Assembly: GCA_964409385.1 (NCBI GenBank)
Contig: CAYPCY010000002.1
Location: forward strand, 79,941 to 143,940
DNA from: an uncultured Methanosarcinales archaeon
GTDB taxonomy: Archaea; Nanobdellota; Nanobdellia; Woesearchaeales; CAYPCY01
Reading direction: 5' to 3'
DNA length: 64,000 bases
The notes beneath the pieces were generated by a model, which saw only the letters and a list, made by a program, of their open reading frames with translations, did no database searches and was not told the DNA's origin. Made by a program: the position numbers and the translations under genes. Positions 40,373-50,141 of this stretch are shown piece by piece (within the stretch, counting starts at the first letter, position 1; each line of letters opens with the position of its first letter).

Positions 40373-40507
40373 ATGAGCAAACAGATCACAATCAAAACTG
40401 ATTGGATGAAGCATTTGATTGATGATGAACATCAAAGAAAGATTTTTTCATTAACTTTAATTGGTCTGGGAGTTTTATTATTGGTTATTGGAGTGTTAAT
40501 GTTATAA
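40373..40507 (+). CDS. Small C-terminal TM protein (44 aa; absent from ORF track)
   Basis: MSKQITIKTDWMKHLIDDEHQRKIFSLTLIGLGVLLLVIGVLML*; behind a TATA box, 2 nt before the HTH gene. Confidence 0.55.
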   Translation: MSKQITIKTDWMKHLIDDEHQRKIFSLTLIGLGVLLLVIGVLML

Positions 40508-40509
40508 AA

Positions 40510-40701
40510 ATGGGACAGCAAGAAATTTATGATTTTTTAAAGGCTAATAAGGGCCAATGGTTTACTAGTAAGGAAATTTCTGAAAAATTAGGTGTTTCTA
40601 TAGGTTCTGTTACTATGTCTTTGAAAAAGCTTAGAAAGACTAACATGATTAAGTATAAGAATACTGGCAAGCGTGGAACATATAATTATTCTGTTTCTTA
40701 A
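40510..40701 (+). CDS. Small winged-helix DNA-binding protein
   Basis: QQEIYDFLK...TSKEISEKLGVSIGSVTMSLKKL. Confidence 0.85.
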   Translation: MGQQEIYDFLKANKGQWFTSKEISEKLGVSIGSVTMSLKKLRKTNMIKYKNTGKRGTYNYSVS

Positions 40702-40756
40702 CTTACTAAATTCAAAATGAATTTTGAAGTTCAAAACATTCCATGTTTTGTAACTT
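40701..40756. repeat. TTCAAAA double-hairpin mini-repeat copy
   Basis: TTCAAAAT-GA-ATTTTGAA G TTCAAAACAT-TCC-ATGTTTTGTAAC; reverse complement aligns with tRNA-Arg intron 37/38. Confidence 0.65.
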
Positions 40757-40802
40757 TTTTCTTAGAAAACTTTAATAAGTTAAACTTTCCTTTCCTTCAA
40801 CA

Positions 40803-42719
40803 ATGATTATTACTTTTCCGGATAGATCAAAGAAGAAGTTTAAGAAAGGAATTACTTCTTTGGAAGTTGCAGAGAGTATTGGCTCTAGACTAGCTAATGA
40901 TGCTATTGCTGCAAAAGTAGATGGTGTATTGGTTGATTTGTCCAAGAAGATCAGTAAGGATTCTAAACTAGAGATATTAACTGGTTCTTCTCCTGAGGGT
41001 GTTGATGTGTTGAGACATTCTTGTGCTCATTTATTATCTCATGCTGTTAAGAGATTATTTCCTAAAGCATTACCTACTATTGGGCCTGTTATTGAGAATG
41101 GTTTTTATTATGATTTTGACTCTTCCCCTTTTTCAGACGAGGATTTAGAAAAGATTGGGTCAGAAATGAAAAAAATTGTTAAGGAGAAAATTCTTGTTGA
41201 AAGGTTTGAACTTTCTAAGAAGGATGCTTTGAAAATGTTTAGTAAGAATAAGTACAAGAAAGAATTAATTAATGAGTCTAAAGGTAAACTTTCTTATTAT
41301 AAACAAGCGGATTTTAAGGATTTGTGTACTGGTCCTCATGTTATTAATACATCTCGGCTTAAAGCGTTTAAGATTACTAAGAGTTCTGGTAGTTATTGGA
41401 GGGGGGATTCTAAGAATAAACAATTACAAAGAATTTATGGTGTTTGTTTTTCTGATAAGAAAACTTTAAACTTGCATTTGCAGATGATGGAAGAGGCTTT
41501 GAAAAGGGATCATAAGTTGCTTGCTGAAGGAAAACTCTATATGATTTCTGATCTTGTCGGTAAGGGTCTTCCTATTTGGCTTCCTAAGGGAGAAATTGTT
41601 AAGAAGGAAATTGAAAATTATGCTGTTGAGATTGAGGATGAGGCTGGTTTTGAAAGAGTTTCAACCCCTCATATTGCCAAGGAAGAATTATTCCTGGCTT
41701 CTGGACATTTACCTCATTATGAGGATGATATGTTTCCTAAAATGAAGATGGATGATGGAACTTATTATTTGAAGGCTATGAATTGTCCTTTACATCATAT
41801 TATTTTTGGTCATGGAGTTAGGAGTTATAGAGAATTGCCTTTAAGACTTGCAGAGTATGGTACTGTTTATAGGAATGAAATGTCCGGTGTTCTTTCTGGA
41901 CTTTTAAGGGTTCGTATGCTTTCTATGAACGATGCTCATATTTATTGCAGTAAGGAACAAATAGGTCCTGAAATTAAGAATGTTATTTCTATGATTAATG
42001 ATTATTACAAAACTTTTGGTTTTAAGAATTATTATTTTAGGCTTTCGTTATGGGATCCTAAGAATAAGGAGAAGTATATTAGTGAACCTGCTAATTGGAA
42101 GTATTCAGAGGCGCAGTTGAGGAAGGTTTTAAAAGAGTTAAAAGTAGATTTTATTGAGGTTGAGGATGAAGCTGCATTTTATGGTCCTAAGATTGATATT
42201 CAGTTTAAGACGGTTACTGGTAGGGAAGAAACTTTATCTACTATTCAATTAGATTTTGCTGCTAAGAAAAGGTTTGGTTTAAAATATATTGATAAGAAGG
42301 GTAAGGTAAATAATGATGTTTTTGTTATTCATCGTGCTCCTCTTTCTGTTCATGAGAGGTTTATTGCTTTTTTGATAGAGCATTATGGAGGTAATTTTCC
42401 TTTATGGCTTTCTCCTGTTCAGGTTAGAATTTTACCTATTAGTGACAAGTTTAATTCTTATGCTAATTCTTTGAAGAAAGAGCTTCCTTTCAGGGTGGAG
42501 GTTGATTCTAGGGCTGAATCGATTAATAAAAAGGTTAGAAATGCTCAGTTGGAGAAGATTCCAGTCATGGTTATTATTGGTGGGAAGGAAATGGTGGGTA
42601 AGACTGTTTCTGTTAGGACTTTGGATGGTAATGTTAAATTTGGTATTAAAAAATCTGTTTTTATTAAGAAAATTACTGAGTTTATAAGTTCTAGATCTAG
42701 ACAGGTTAGTTTCAAATGA
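40803..42719 (+). CDS. thrS: Threonine--tRNA ligase (bacterial-type, TGS plus editing domain)
   Basis: RHSCAH, DLCTGPH, RDH, MNCP, AFYGPK, HRAP. Confidence 0.96.
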   Translation: MIITFPDRSKKKFKKGITSLEVAESIGSRLANDAIAAKVDGVLVDLSKKISKDSKLEILTGSSPEGVDVLRHSCAHLLSHAVKRLFPKALPTIGPVIENGFYYDFDSSPFSDEDLEKIGSEMKKIVKEKILVERFELSKKDALKMFSKNKYKKELINESKGKLSYYKQADFKDLCTGPHVINTSRLKAFKITKSSGSYWRGDSKNKQLQRIYGVCFSDKKTLNLHLQMMEEALKRDHKLLAEGKLYMISDLVGKGLPIWLPKGEIVKKEIENYAVEIEDEAGFERVSTPHIAKEELFLASGHLPHYEDDMFPKMKMDDGTYYLKAMNCPLHHIIFGHGVRSYRELPLRLAEYGTVYRNEMSGVLSGLLRVRMLSMNDAHIYCSKEQIGPEIKNVISMINDYYKTFGFKNYYFRLSLWDPKNKEKYISEPANWKYSEAQLRKVLKELKVDFIEVEDEAAFYGPKIDIQFKTVTGREETLSTIQLDFAAKKRFGLKYIDKKGKVNNDVFVIHRAPLSVHERFIAFLIEHYGGNFPLWLSPVQVRILPISDKFNSYANSLKKELPFRVEVDSRAESINKKVRNAQLEKIPVMVIIGGKEMVGKTVSVRTLDGNVKFGIKKSVFIKKITEFISSRSRQVSFK

Positions 42720-44341
42720 GGTTCTTAATTATTTTGCTATTGTTACTGCCTTCTGTCTTAGCCGTGGAATCTCATATGACTTTACTTACTATTTCTGAAT
42801 CTGGAGAGTTTGGTGGGACTGCGGATTTGTATTTGAGGATTGAGGCTGGTAACGGTCAGGTTTTTATTGATACTATGCCTTTGACGAAGATGGATACTCA
42901 AATTACTATGAGGTTTGCTAAGGAGTTTGCTTGTTCTTTTACTAATACTGATTGTTCTAGGCTTGATTTTTTTTATACTATTAGGGCGTCTGCTTCTATA
43001 GTTGGTGGTCCTAGTGCTGGTGCTCCTGCTACTTTACTTACTATTTCTGCTTTGGATGGTGTTTCTTTAGATTCTTCTGCTGTTGTCACAGGCACTATTA
43101 ATTCTGGGGGTATTATAGGTCCTGTTGGGGGTATTAATGAGAAGATTATTGCTGCTAGACATGAGGGATTTGCTAAGGTTTTAATTCCTAAATGGGCTTT
43201 TGCTAATGATACTAACCTTTCAATTTTCACTTCTGGTATTGAGGTTGTTAAGGTTGTTACTGTTGATGAGGCTTTAACTATTCTTACGGGAGTGGATTAT
43301 TTGTATGATAATGGTGAGATTATTGTTGATGAAGAATATACTGAAAAAATGATTGAAACATCTAATGAAATGTGTAATAGAACTTTTAAATTAATTAATG
43401 AAACTGGTATTGTTCCCGCATCTTATAATTTGAGTTTGATTTCTTTGGAGGATGAGAATTATTATTCTGCTGCTAGTTTTTGTTTTTCTTCTAATATTCA
43501 GTTGAGAAAGAGTATTTTGGAGAATTCTAGTATTGATTTTATTGTTCTTGGGTTGGAGAGGTTGGGGGAGCAGATTGTTTCGTTTAATGAGTTTCTTGAT
43601 AATAAGGAGTTAAGGACTATTACTGACTTTCAAACTTTTATTATTGTTAAGGAGCGTTTGTTAGAGTCTGAGCGTCTTTTGGATTCTTTTTGGAATTTGA
43701 GTCTTAATGATTCTTCAATTTATTATACTGCAGCCTTGGCTTCTGAGAGATTTTATAGTGCTGTTGTCTGGAGTGGTTTTTTTGATTTGAGTGGTGAAGT
43801 TTATGATTTGGATTCTTCTCATTTGAGAGAGACTTGTTTTAGGAAGTTGGAGGAGGCAGATCAAACTATTAGTTATGTTAAGTATTACCTACCTAGTTTT
43901 ACTAGGGAGAGTAAGAAGACTTTAGATAAGGCTAGGGATAAAAGACTTTTGGGAGAGTATGAACTTTGTATTTTTGAGGCTTCCAAGGCAAAGGCGGAGG
44001 CGGGAATTATTGCTACGGCTTTGGGTATTAGTAGTGATTCTATTGATGATCTTGTTAATGAAAAGTTGAAGATTGCTTCACGAGCTATTTCTAGAGAGCA
44101 GGATTCTGGAATTTTCCCTATTCTTGCTTATTCTTATTATGAGTATGCTAGTTCGTTGAGAGAGTCTGATCCTTATTCTGCTTTACTTTATGCCGAGTAT
44201 GCTTTGGAGTTGTCTAATGTTAGGATGTATTTTGAGAAGGAAAGTTTTGATTTTAGGGTTCCTAAGTTGGATATTCTTTTTGCTTTGATTATAGGAATAT
44301 TTATAGGTTCTTTCATTACTTACTTTAATGTTCGAAAATGA
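42716..44341 (+). CDS. Membrane-anchored S16 (Lon-protease-domain) serine protease
   Basis: Signal peptide, GGPSAG, TGTINSGG..GPVGG..EK, C-terminal TM. Confidence 0.88.
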   Translation: MRFLIILLLLLPSVLAVESHMTLLTISESGEFGGTADLYLRIEAGNGQVFIDTMPLTKMDTQITMRFAKEFACSFTNTDCSRLDFFYTIRASASIVGGPSAGAPATLLTISALDGVSLDSSAVVTGTINSGGIIGPVGGINEKIIAARHEGFAKVLIPKWAFANDTNLSIFTSGIEVVKVVTVDEALTILTGVDYLYDNGEIIVDEEYTEKMIETSNEMCNRTFKLINETGIVPASYNLSLISLEDENYYSAASFCFSSNIQLRKSILENSSIDFIVLGLERLGEQIVSFNEFLDNKELRTITDFQTFIIVKERLLESERLLDSFWNLSLNDSSIYYTAALASERFYSAVVWSGFFDLSGEVYDLDSSHLRETCFRKLEEADQTISYVKYYLPSFTRESKKTLDKARDKRLLGEYELCIFEASKAKAEAGIIATALGISSDSIDDLVNEKLKIASRAISREQDSGIFPILAYSYYEYASSLRESDPYSALLYAEYALELSNVRMYFEKESFDFRVPKLDILFALIIGIFIGSFITYFNVRK

Positions 44342-45564
44342 AATTATTTAAGGCTTATGATGTTAGGGGTGTTTATCCTAGTGAGATTAATAAGGAGTTT
44401 GTTTATAATTTTGCATTGGCTTTTTGTGAGTGTTTCAGGCTAAAAAATGTTGTTATTGGTTATGATGCTAGGAGTTCTTCGAAGGAGTTGTTGAAGGCTT
44501 TGATTATGGGATTGTCTGTTGGGGGTGTTAAGATTACTAATGCAGGTCTTGTTTCTACGCCTATGTTGAATTTTATTAGTTCTGGTTTTGATTATGGTCT
44601 TATGATTACTGCTTCTCATGATCCTAAGGAGTATAATGGGATTAAGGTTTGTAAGAAGTCTGTTCCTTTAGGTTATGATGAGTTGGTGGGTGTTGAGAAG
44701 CGGATTAAGTCATTTCCAATTATTGATTCTAAGGTTGATATTGTTAAGAAGGATTTTGTTGATGAGTATGTTAAGGAGTTTACTCCTTTTATGGGTGGTG
44801 GTTTATTGATTGATTGTAGTCATGGTTCTACTGGTGAGGTGGTTGGGAGGTTGTTTCCTAATGCTACTGTGTTGAATTCTATTCCTGATGGTAGTTTTCC
44901 TGTGCATGGTCCTAATCCTTCTGATAAGAATTCTCAAGAGTATTTTATGAAGGAGTTTGTTAAGGGCGGGTTTGATTTTGGGTTTATGCTTGATGGTGAT
45001 GGGGATAGGGTATTATTCTTTAATTCTGATGGTGTTATTTCTTCGTCTAAGGTTGCTTGTGTTTTTATTGAAAAGTTTAAGTTTAATGTGGTTAAGGATG
45101 TTACTTGTAGTATGATTATTGATGATGTTGCTTCTGTTAAGGGGGTGGAGGTGTTTTCTTCTAAGGTTGGCAGGGTTAATATTCCTTTTATGATGAGGAG
45201 GGTGGGGGCTGATTTTGGTGTTGAGAATTCTGCCCATTTTTATTTTAAGGATTTTAATTATTTGGATTCGGGTGTTTATACTGCCTTGAAATTATTGTCC
45301 CTTGATAAGGTGGATTTTAGTAAGTATGATAAGTATTTTGAGGATTTGATTAATATTGAGTCTTCTGACCAGGATGGTACTATTAAGAAATTGATTTCTA
45401 AGCTTCCTAAGCCTTTGAAGACTGAGAGTATTGATGGTAAGAGTTTTTATTTTAAGGATTTCTGGATTAATATTAGGAAGAGTAATACTGAACCTGTGGT
45501 TAGGGTTAAGATTGAGGCTGTTTCTGAGAATATTCTTGAACATACTATAAACTTATTGAATTAA
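44338..45564 (+). CDS. Phosphomannomutase/phosphoglucomutase
   Basis: FKAYDVRG, TASHD, DGDGDR, RKSNTEP. Confidence 0.93.
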   Translation: MKLFKAYDVRGVYPSEINKEFVYNFALAFCECFRLKNVVIGYDARSSSKELLKALIMGLSVGGVKITNAGLVSTPMLNFISSGFDYGLMITASHDPKEYNGIKVCKKSVPLGYDELVGVEKRIKSFPIIDSKVDIVKKDFVDEYVKEFTPFMGGGLLIDCSHGSTGEVVGRLFPNATVLNSIPDGSFPVHGPNPSDKNSQEYFMKEFVKGGFDFGFMLDGDGDRVLFFNSDGVISSSKVACVFIEKFKFNVVKDVTCSMIIDDVASVKGVEVFSSKVGRVNIPFMMRRVGADFGVENSAHFYFKDFNYLDSGVYTALKLLSLDKVDFSKYDKYFEDLINIESSDQDGTIKKLISKLPKPLKTESIDGKSFYFKDFWINIRKSNTEPVVRVKIEAVSENILEHTINLLN

Positions 45565-45568
45565 AATA

Positions 45569-45604
45569 ATTCAGAAGTTCAAAATTTCTTTGAAATTTAG
45601 AAAC
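45569..45604. repeat. TTCAAAA hairpin mini-repeat copy
   Basis: TCAGAAGTTCAAAATTTC-TTT-GAAATTTAGAAAC. Confidence 0.5.
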
Positions 45605-45653
45605 TTTTATAAATTAAACTTCTATCCTTTGTCGTTGAGAGAGACGTAAAAGT

Positions 45654-45959
45654 ATGAAATTAACTTCTTCGTTAAGGGAAAAGAAAAGATATGTCAAATT
45701 TTCTGTTGATGGAAATTTTTCAAGTTCACAAGTTAAAGCAGCTATTGAAGGTTCTTTTAAAGACTTACATGGTAGTTTTGGATTAGCTGAGGCTGGATTA
45801 CAGTTTGTTAAGATTAATAAGGAGACTGGTGTTGTTAGGGTTAATAATAAGACTGTTGATAAGTTAAAGAGTGCTTTTACGTTCATTGATAAAATTAATG
45901 AAAAACCAGCTAGAATTTCTAGTTTAAAAACGAGTGGAATACTCAAGAGGGTGATATAA
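45654..45959 (+). CDS. rnp2: RNase P protein Pop5/Rpp14
   Basis: SLREKKRY, TSGIL; conserved position before psmA. Confidence 0.88.
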   Translation: MKLTSSLREKKRYVKFSVDGNFSSSQVKAAIEGSFKDLHGSFGLAEAGLQFVKINKETGVVRVNNKTVDKLKSAFTFIDKINEKPARISSLKTSGILKRVI

Positions 45960-46673
45960 ATGCAAGCAATGCCTCATCAATTAATGGGTTATGATAGAGC
46001 AATTACAATGTTTTCTCCTGATGGGAGATTGTTACAGGTTGAATATGCTAAGAAGACTGTTAAGCAGGGTAGTACTGCTATTGGAATGGTTTGTAAGGAT
46101 GGTGTTATTTTAGTTACTGATAAGAGACTGGTTGATAAACTGGTTGTTCCTGAGGGTATTGAGAAGATTTGGCAGATTGACGAGCATATTGGTGCTACTG
46201 CGTCTGGTATTATTAGTGACGCGCATGTTTTGATTGAGAAGTCTAGAGGGACTGCTCAGCAGCATCAGGTAACTTATGATTCTCCTGCTGATATTCTTAC
46301 GATTGTTAAGGATGTTTCTAGTCTTAAACAAATTTGTACTCAGTCTGGTGGTCTTAGGCCTTTTGGTGTTTCTTTACTGATTGCGGGTGTTGATAATGGT
46401 GATTGTAAACTTTATGAGACTGATCCTACTGGTATTTATTTCCAGTATAAAGCTACTGTTATTGGTGAGGGGGAGAACGATATTGAGAAAATTCTTCATA
46501 AGGAGTATAGTGACAATTTAAGTATGGAGGCGGGTTTGAAACTTTGTCTTTCTGCTATGAAGAAAGTTTTGGATGATACTTTTAATGCGGATAGGGTTGA
46601 TGCGGCGTTTATTTCATTAAAGGATAAGAAGTTTAAGAAATTCTCTTTAGAGAGTATTAAGAAAGCATTATGA
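45960..46673 (+). CDS. psmA: Proteasome alpha subunit
   Basis: GYDRAITMFSPDGRLLQVEYA, RPFGVS. Confidence 0.97.
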   Translation: MQAMPHQLMGYDRAITMFSPDGRLLQVEYAKKTVKQGSTAIGMVCKDGVILVTDKRLVDKLVVPEGIEKIWQIDEHIGATASGIISDAHVLIEKSRGTAQQHQVTYDSPADILTIVKDVSSLKQICTQSGGLRPFGVSLLIAGVDNGDCKLYETDPTGIYFQYKATVIGEGENDIEKILHKEYSDNLSMEAGLKLCLSAMKKVLDDTFNADRVDAAFISLKDKKFKKFSLESIKKAL

Positions 46674-47377
46674 GACAAACATTTGATAAGGAAAAAGTAA
46701 GTTTTAACTTTGCAAGGTTAAATAAGGAAGGCAAGATTTTTGAAGTGGTTGTTGATCCTGACCTTGCTATTAAGTTTAGGAGGGAGAAACCTGGTGATAT
46801 TTCTGAAGCTCTTCATAGTCAGGATATTTTTAAGGATGCGAATAGGGGCGAGTTGGCTAATGAGCATGAGTTGAATGATTATTTTAAGACTGATAATAAG
46901 TTGGAGATTTGTAAGAGAATCTTGTTTGAGGGTGAAATTCAACTTTCTCAGGAGTATAGGGAGAAGCTTCGTGAGGAGAAAAGGAATAGGATTATTGAGT
47001 TAATCCATCAGACTGCTTTTGATCCTAGGACTAATACGGTTCATCCTAGGCAAAGGATTGAAAATGCTTTTGGTGAGGCTAAGATTCGTGTGGATGAGCA
47101 TTTGTCTGCTAAGAATCAGCTTCCTGATATTATAAAAAAATTAAGGCCGATATTGCCTATTAGTTTCGAACAAAAAATTGTTGAACTAATAATTCCAGCT
47201 GATAATGCTGGTAAGTGTTATTCTCAAATCAAGCAAAATTATGATCCTGATTCTGAAGAGTGGCTTTCGGATGGTTCTTTGAAAATGACCATTAAGTCTC
47301 CTTTGGGTTTGGTGAATGATTTGTTGGATCTTGTGAATTCTATAACTCATGGTAGTGCGGATATTAAAGTAAAATAG
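46670..47377 (+). CDS. Ribosome assembly factor SBDS
   Basis: FEVVV, GEIQL, DPRT..HP..RIE. Confidence 0.95.
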   Translation: MRQTFDKEKVSFNFARLNKEGKIFEVVVDPDLAIKFRREKPGDISEALHSQDIFKDANRGELANEHELNDYFKTDNKLEICKRILFEGEIQLSQEYREKLREEKRNRIIELIHQTAFDPRTNTVHPRQRIENAFGEAKIRVDEHLSAKNQLPDIIKKLRPILPISFEQKIVELIIPADNAGKCYSQIKQNYDPDSEEWLSDGSLKMTIKSPLGLVNDLLDLVNSITHGSADIKVK

Positions 47378-48085
47378 GTGAAAAATAAAATGTTAAAATG
47401 TAAAAATAAGGAAATAGTTGTTCCGGGAGAAATATTATGTGAAGGTATGGATTTCCTGCCTAGCTACGGAACGTATAGGGATGATAAAGTAATTAGATCA
47501 TCTATAGTGGGTCTTGTTAATGTTGACGGTAAGGTCATTAAGATAATGCCTACTTCTGGAAGGTATTTTCCTAGACGGGGAGATACTATTATTGGAAGAG
47601 TTTTTGATATTACAATGAATGGGTGGAGATTGAATATTAACAGTCCATACTCTGCTTTTTTGACTATGATGGAGGCTTCTTCTCAGTTTATTAAGAAGGG
47701 TTCTGACTTGAGTAGGATTCTTCCTATGGAGGGTTACATGGTTGGTAAGATAACTAATGTTACTGGTCAGAATTTGATTGATTTGACTATGAAAGGTCCT
47801 GGTTTGAGAAAACTTGATGGGGGAGTTATTGTTAATGTTAGTTCTTCTAAAGTGCCTAGGATTATTGGCAGGCAGGGTTCTATGATTAAGTTAATCAAGG
47901 AAGCTACTGGTTGTTTTATAACGGTTGGTCAGAATGGTCTTGTTTGGCTGTCTGGTGAGGCTAAGAATGAAGCGGTTGCTATTAAGGCGATTGAATTGAT
48001 TAATGAGAATGGTCATAAGAAGGGTTTGACTGATGAAGTCAAGAAGTTTCTGGAGAAGGAAACTGGTAAGAAATTAGAGGTTTAA
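47378..48085 (+). CDS. rrp4: Exosome RNA-binding subunit Rrp4
   Basis: VVPG, S1 domain, KH motif KVPRIIG, GQNG. Confidence 0.95.
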   Translation: MKNKMLKCKNKEIVVPGEILCEGMDFLPSYGTYRDDKVIRSSIVGLVNVDGKVIKIMPTSGRYFPRRGDTIIGRVFDITMNGWRLNINSPYSAFLTMMEASSQFIKKGSDLSRILPMEGYMVGKITNVTGQNLIDLTMKGPGLRKLDGGVIVNVSSSKVPRIIGRQGSMIKLIKEATGCFITVGQNGLVWLSGEAKNEAVAIKAIELINENGHKKGLTDEVKKFLEKETGKKLEV

Positions 48086-48086
48086 A

Positions 48087-48779
48087 ATGTATAAGAAAAG
48101 ATTAGACGGTAGAAAACCATCTGAATTTAGGAAGGCAAGTGCTGAAGTTGGTGTTGTTAAGAATGCTGTAGGCTCTGCTCGTTTTCAGATTGGTAAGACT
48201 TCGGCTTATGCTGCAGTTTATGGTCCTAGGGAGATTATTCCTAGGCATAAAATGTCTGCGAAGTCTGGAGTTTTAAGATGTAATTATAATATGATGCCAT
48301 TTTCTGGTATGGGTGACAGGGTTAGACCTGGTAATAATAGGAGATCAACTGAAATTTCTTATGTTACGGAGAATTCTTTACTTCCTGTGTTGGATTTGAA
48401 GAAATTCCCTAATACGGGAGTTGATGTTTTTATTGAGTTGGATCAGACTGACGCTGGTTCTAGATGTGCAGGTATTACTGCTGCGTCTTTGGCTTTGGCT
48501 GATGCTGGTTTTGCAATGAAGGATTTGGTAGTTGCAGTGGCTGTTGGTAGTGTTGATGGAACTTTAGTTGTTGATTTGAGTTATGAAGAGGAAGATTTTG
48601 ATGCTCCTGTAGCGGATATTCCTTTTGCTATAATTCCTAGTACTGGCGAGGTTACTTTATTACAGATGGATGGTAAACTTTCTCAAGAGACTTTGATGAA
48701 AGCTTATGATATGGCTAAGAAGGCTGCGGATGAGATTTATGATATTATGAAGTCTGCATTAAAGAAAAGGTATGATTAA
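48087..48779 (+). CDS. rrp41: Exosome exonuclease Rrp41
   Basis: RLDGR, AVYGPRE, RRSTEIS, DAGSR, LLQMDG. Confidence 0.95.
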   Translation: MYKKRLDGRKPSEFRKASAEVGVVKNAVGSARFQIGKTSAYAAVYGPREIIPRHKMSAKSGVLRCNYNMMPFSGMGDRVRPGNNRRSTEISYVTENSLLPVLDLKKFPNTGVDVFIELDQTDAGSRCAGITAASLALADAGFAMKDLVVAVAVGSVDGTLVVDLSYEEEDFDAPVADIPFAIIPSTGEVTLLQMDGKLSQETLMKAYDMAKKAADEIYDIMKSALKKRYD

Positions 48780-49548
48780 AATGAATGAGACTATGAAGAA
48801 ACATTTACAAAATTCCATTTCTAATGGTATTAGATTGGATGGTAGGAAGCTTGAAGAGTTTAGAAAGTTGGAAGTTGAGACTGGCGTTGTTGCTACTGCT
48901 GAAGGTTCTGCTAGGGTTAAACTTGGTAATACTGAATTGATTGCTGGGGTTAAGATGGCTGTTATGTCGCCTTATTCTGACAGGCCTGATGAGGGGACTT
49001 TAATGGTTAATGCTGAATTGACTGCTATGAGTCATGAAAAGTATAAATTAGGACCTCCTGAGGCTGATGCTATTGAAATAGCAAGAGTGGTTGATAGGGG
49101 TATTAGAGAAAGTCATGCTATTGATGTTGGAAAACTTTGTATTACTAAGGGCGAAAAGGTTTGGATGGTTGGTATTGATATTGTTACTATTAATACTGAT
49201 GGTAATTTGATTGATGCTGCGGGTATTGCTACTTTGGCTGCTATTAAGGATGCGTTCTTTCCTGAATATGATGGTGAGAATGTTGATTATAAGAAGAAGA
49301 CTAAGAATAAAGTCCCTTTGAATTCTGAACCTTTACCAGTTACTGTTTTTAAGATTGGTAAGGATTTGGTTTTAGATCCTACTTTTAGTGAAGAGGAGGC
49401 TGCTGATGCTAGAATTACAGTTACTATTTTGGCTGATGGTACTTTGTGTTCTTTACAAAAGGGTGGTAATGCTACTTTCACGAGGGATGAATTGGATAAG
49501 GCTACTAAATTAGCTGTTAAGATGAGGAAGAAATTAAAATGGAATTAA
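48772..49548 (+). CDS. rrp42: Exosome subunit Rrp42
   Basis: RLDGR, AEGSA, RVVDRGIRES, DGNLIDA, QKGG. Confidence 0.95.
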   Translation: MIKMNETMKKHLQNSISNGIRLDGRKLEEFRKLEVETGVVATAEGSARVKLGNTELIAGVKMAVMSPYSDRPDEGTLMVNAELTAMSHEKYKLGPPEADAIEIARVVDRGIRESHAIDVGKLCITKGEKVWMVGIDIVTINTDGNLIDAAGIATLAAIKDAFFPEYDGENVDYKKKTKNKVPLNSEPLPVTVFKIGKDLVLDPTFSEEEAADARITVTILADGTLCSLQKGGNATFTRDELDKATKLAVKMRKKLKWN

Positions 49549-49745
49549 GAGATGATACTAAGTATGAGAAGGCTAGGATGATTGGTTCTAGATCTTTGCA
49601 ATTATCTATGGGTGCTCCTTTCCTGATTAAATTAAGTAAGAAGGAGCTTGAGGGGATGAAGTTTAATCCTATTGAGATTGCTAGGAGAGAGTATGATTCT
49701 GAGGCTATTCCTATAACTATTAAAAGGCCATTACCTGGCCAATAG
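49539..49745 (+). CDS. rpoK: RNA polymerase subunit K (Rpo6)
   Basis: TKYEKARMIGSRSLQLSMGAP, IPITIKR. Confidence 0.95.
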   Translation: MELRDDTKYEKARMIGSRSLQLSMGAPFLIKLSKKELEGMKFNPIEIARREYDSEAIPITIKRPLPGQ

Positions 49746-49835
49746 TTTTTCTTTTTCGTTACTTTTTCATTTTTTCTACAGATTTACCGAGATTTTATTG
49801 CGAATTTTTTTTAAACTATTTTATTAGTTTATTTT

Positions 49836-50141
49836 GTGAAGGATTTTATAGATATACTTAGAAAATATGAGGAAGAAGATATTATAATAACCAATCATGC
49901 TAGGAAGCAAGCATTATTCAGAGGAATTAATATTGAGGAGATAAAAGAAAACATTATAAATCCTAAATTGCTAAAGTTTGTTAAGAAACAAGAAGCTTTG
50001 AAACCTAATGAAGAAAAGTTTGATTGTTATTTTGGCTATAGCAAGACTAAGTGTCACAGGCATATTTTGGTTTTGAACAAGAAATGCATTTTTTGTACCG
50101 TAATAAAAATTAATAGGAGATGGCAAAGAATAATAAAATGA
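49836..50141 (+). CDS. DUF4258-like putative RNase toxin
   Basis: ITNHA...RGI motif; overlaps the downstream DUF2283-like gene. Confidence 0.65.
   Translation: MKDFIDILRKYEEEDIIITNHARKQALFRGINIEEIKENIINPKLLKFVKKQEALKPNEEKFDCYFGYSKTKCHRHILVLNKKCIFCTVIKINRRWQRIIK

Noticed and set aside
40757..40803. Thr-rich leader peptide before thrS, by analogy with ileS
   Set aside because: TATA-like box lies about 30 nt before the thrS ATG (leaderless) and there is no Thr-codon uORF
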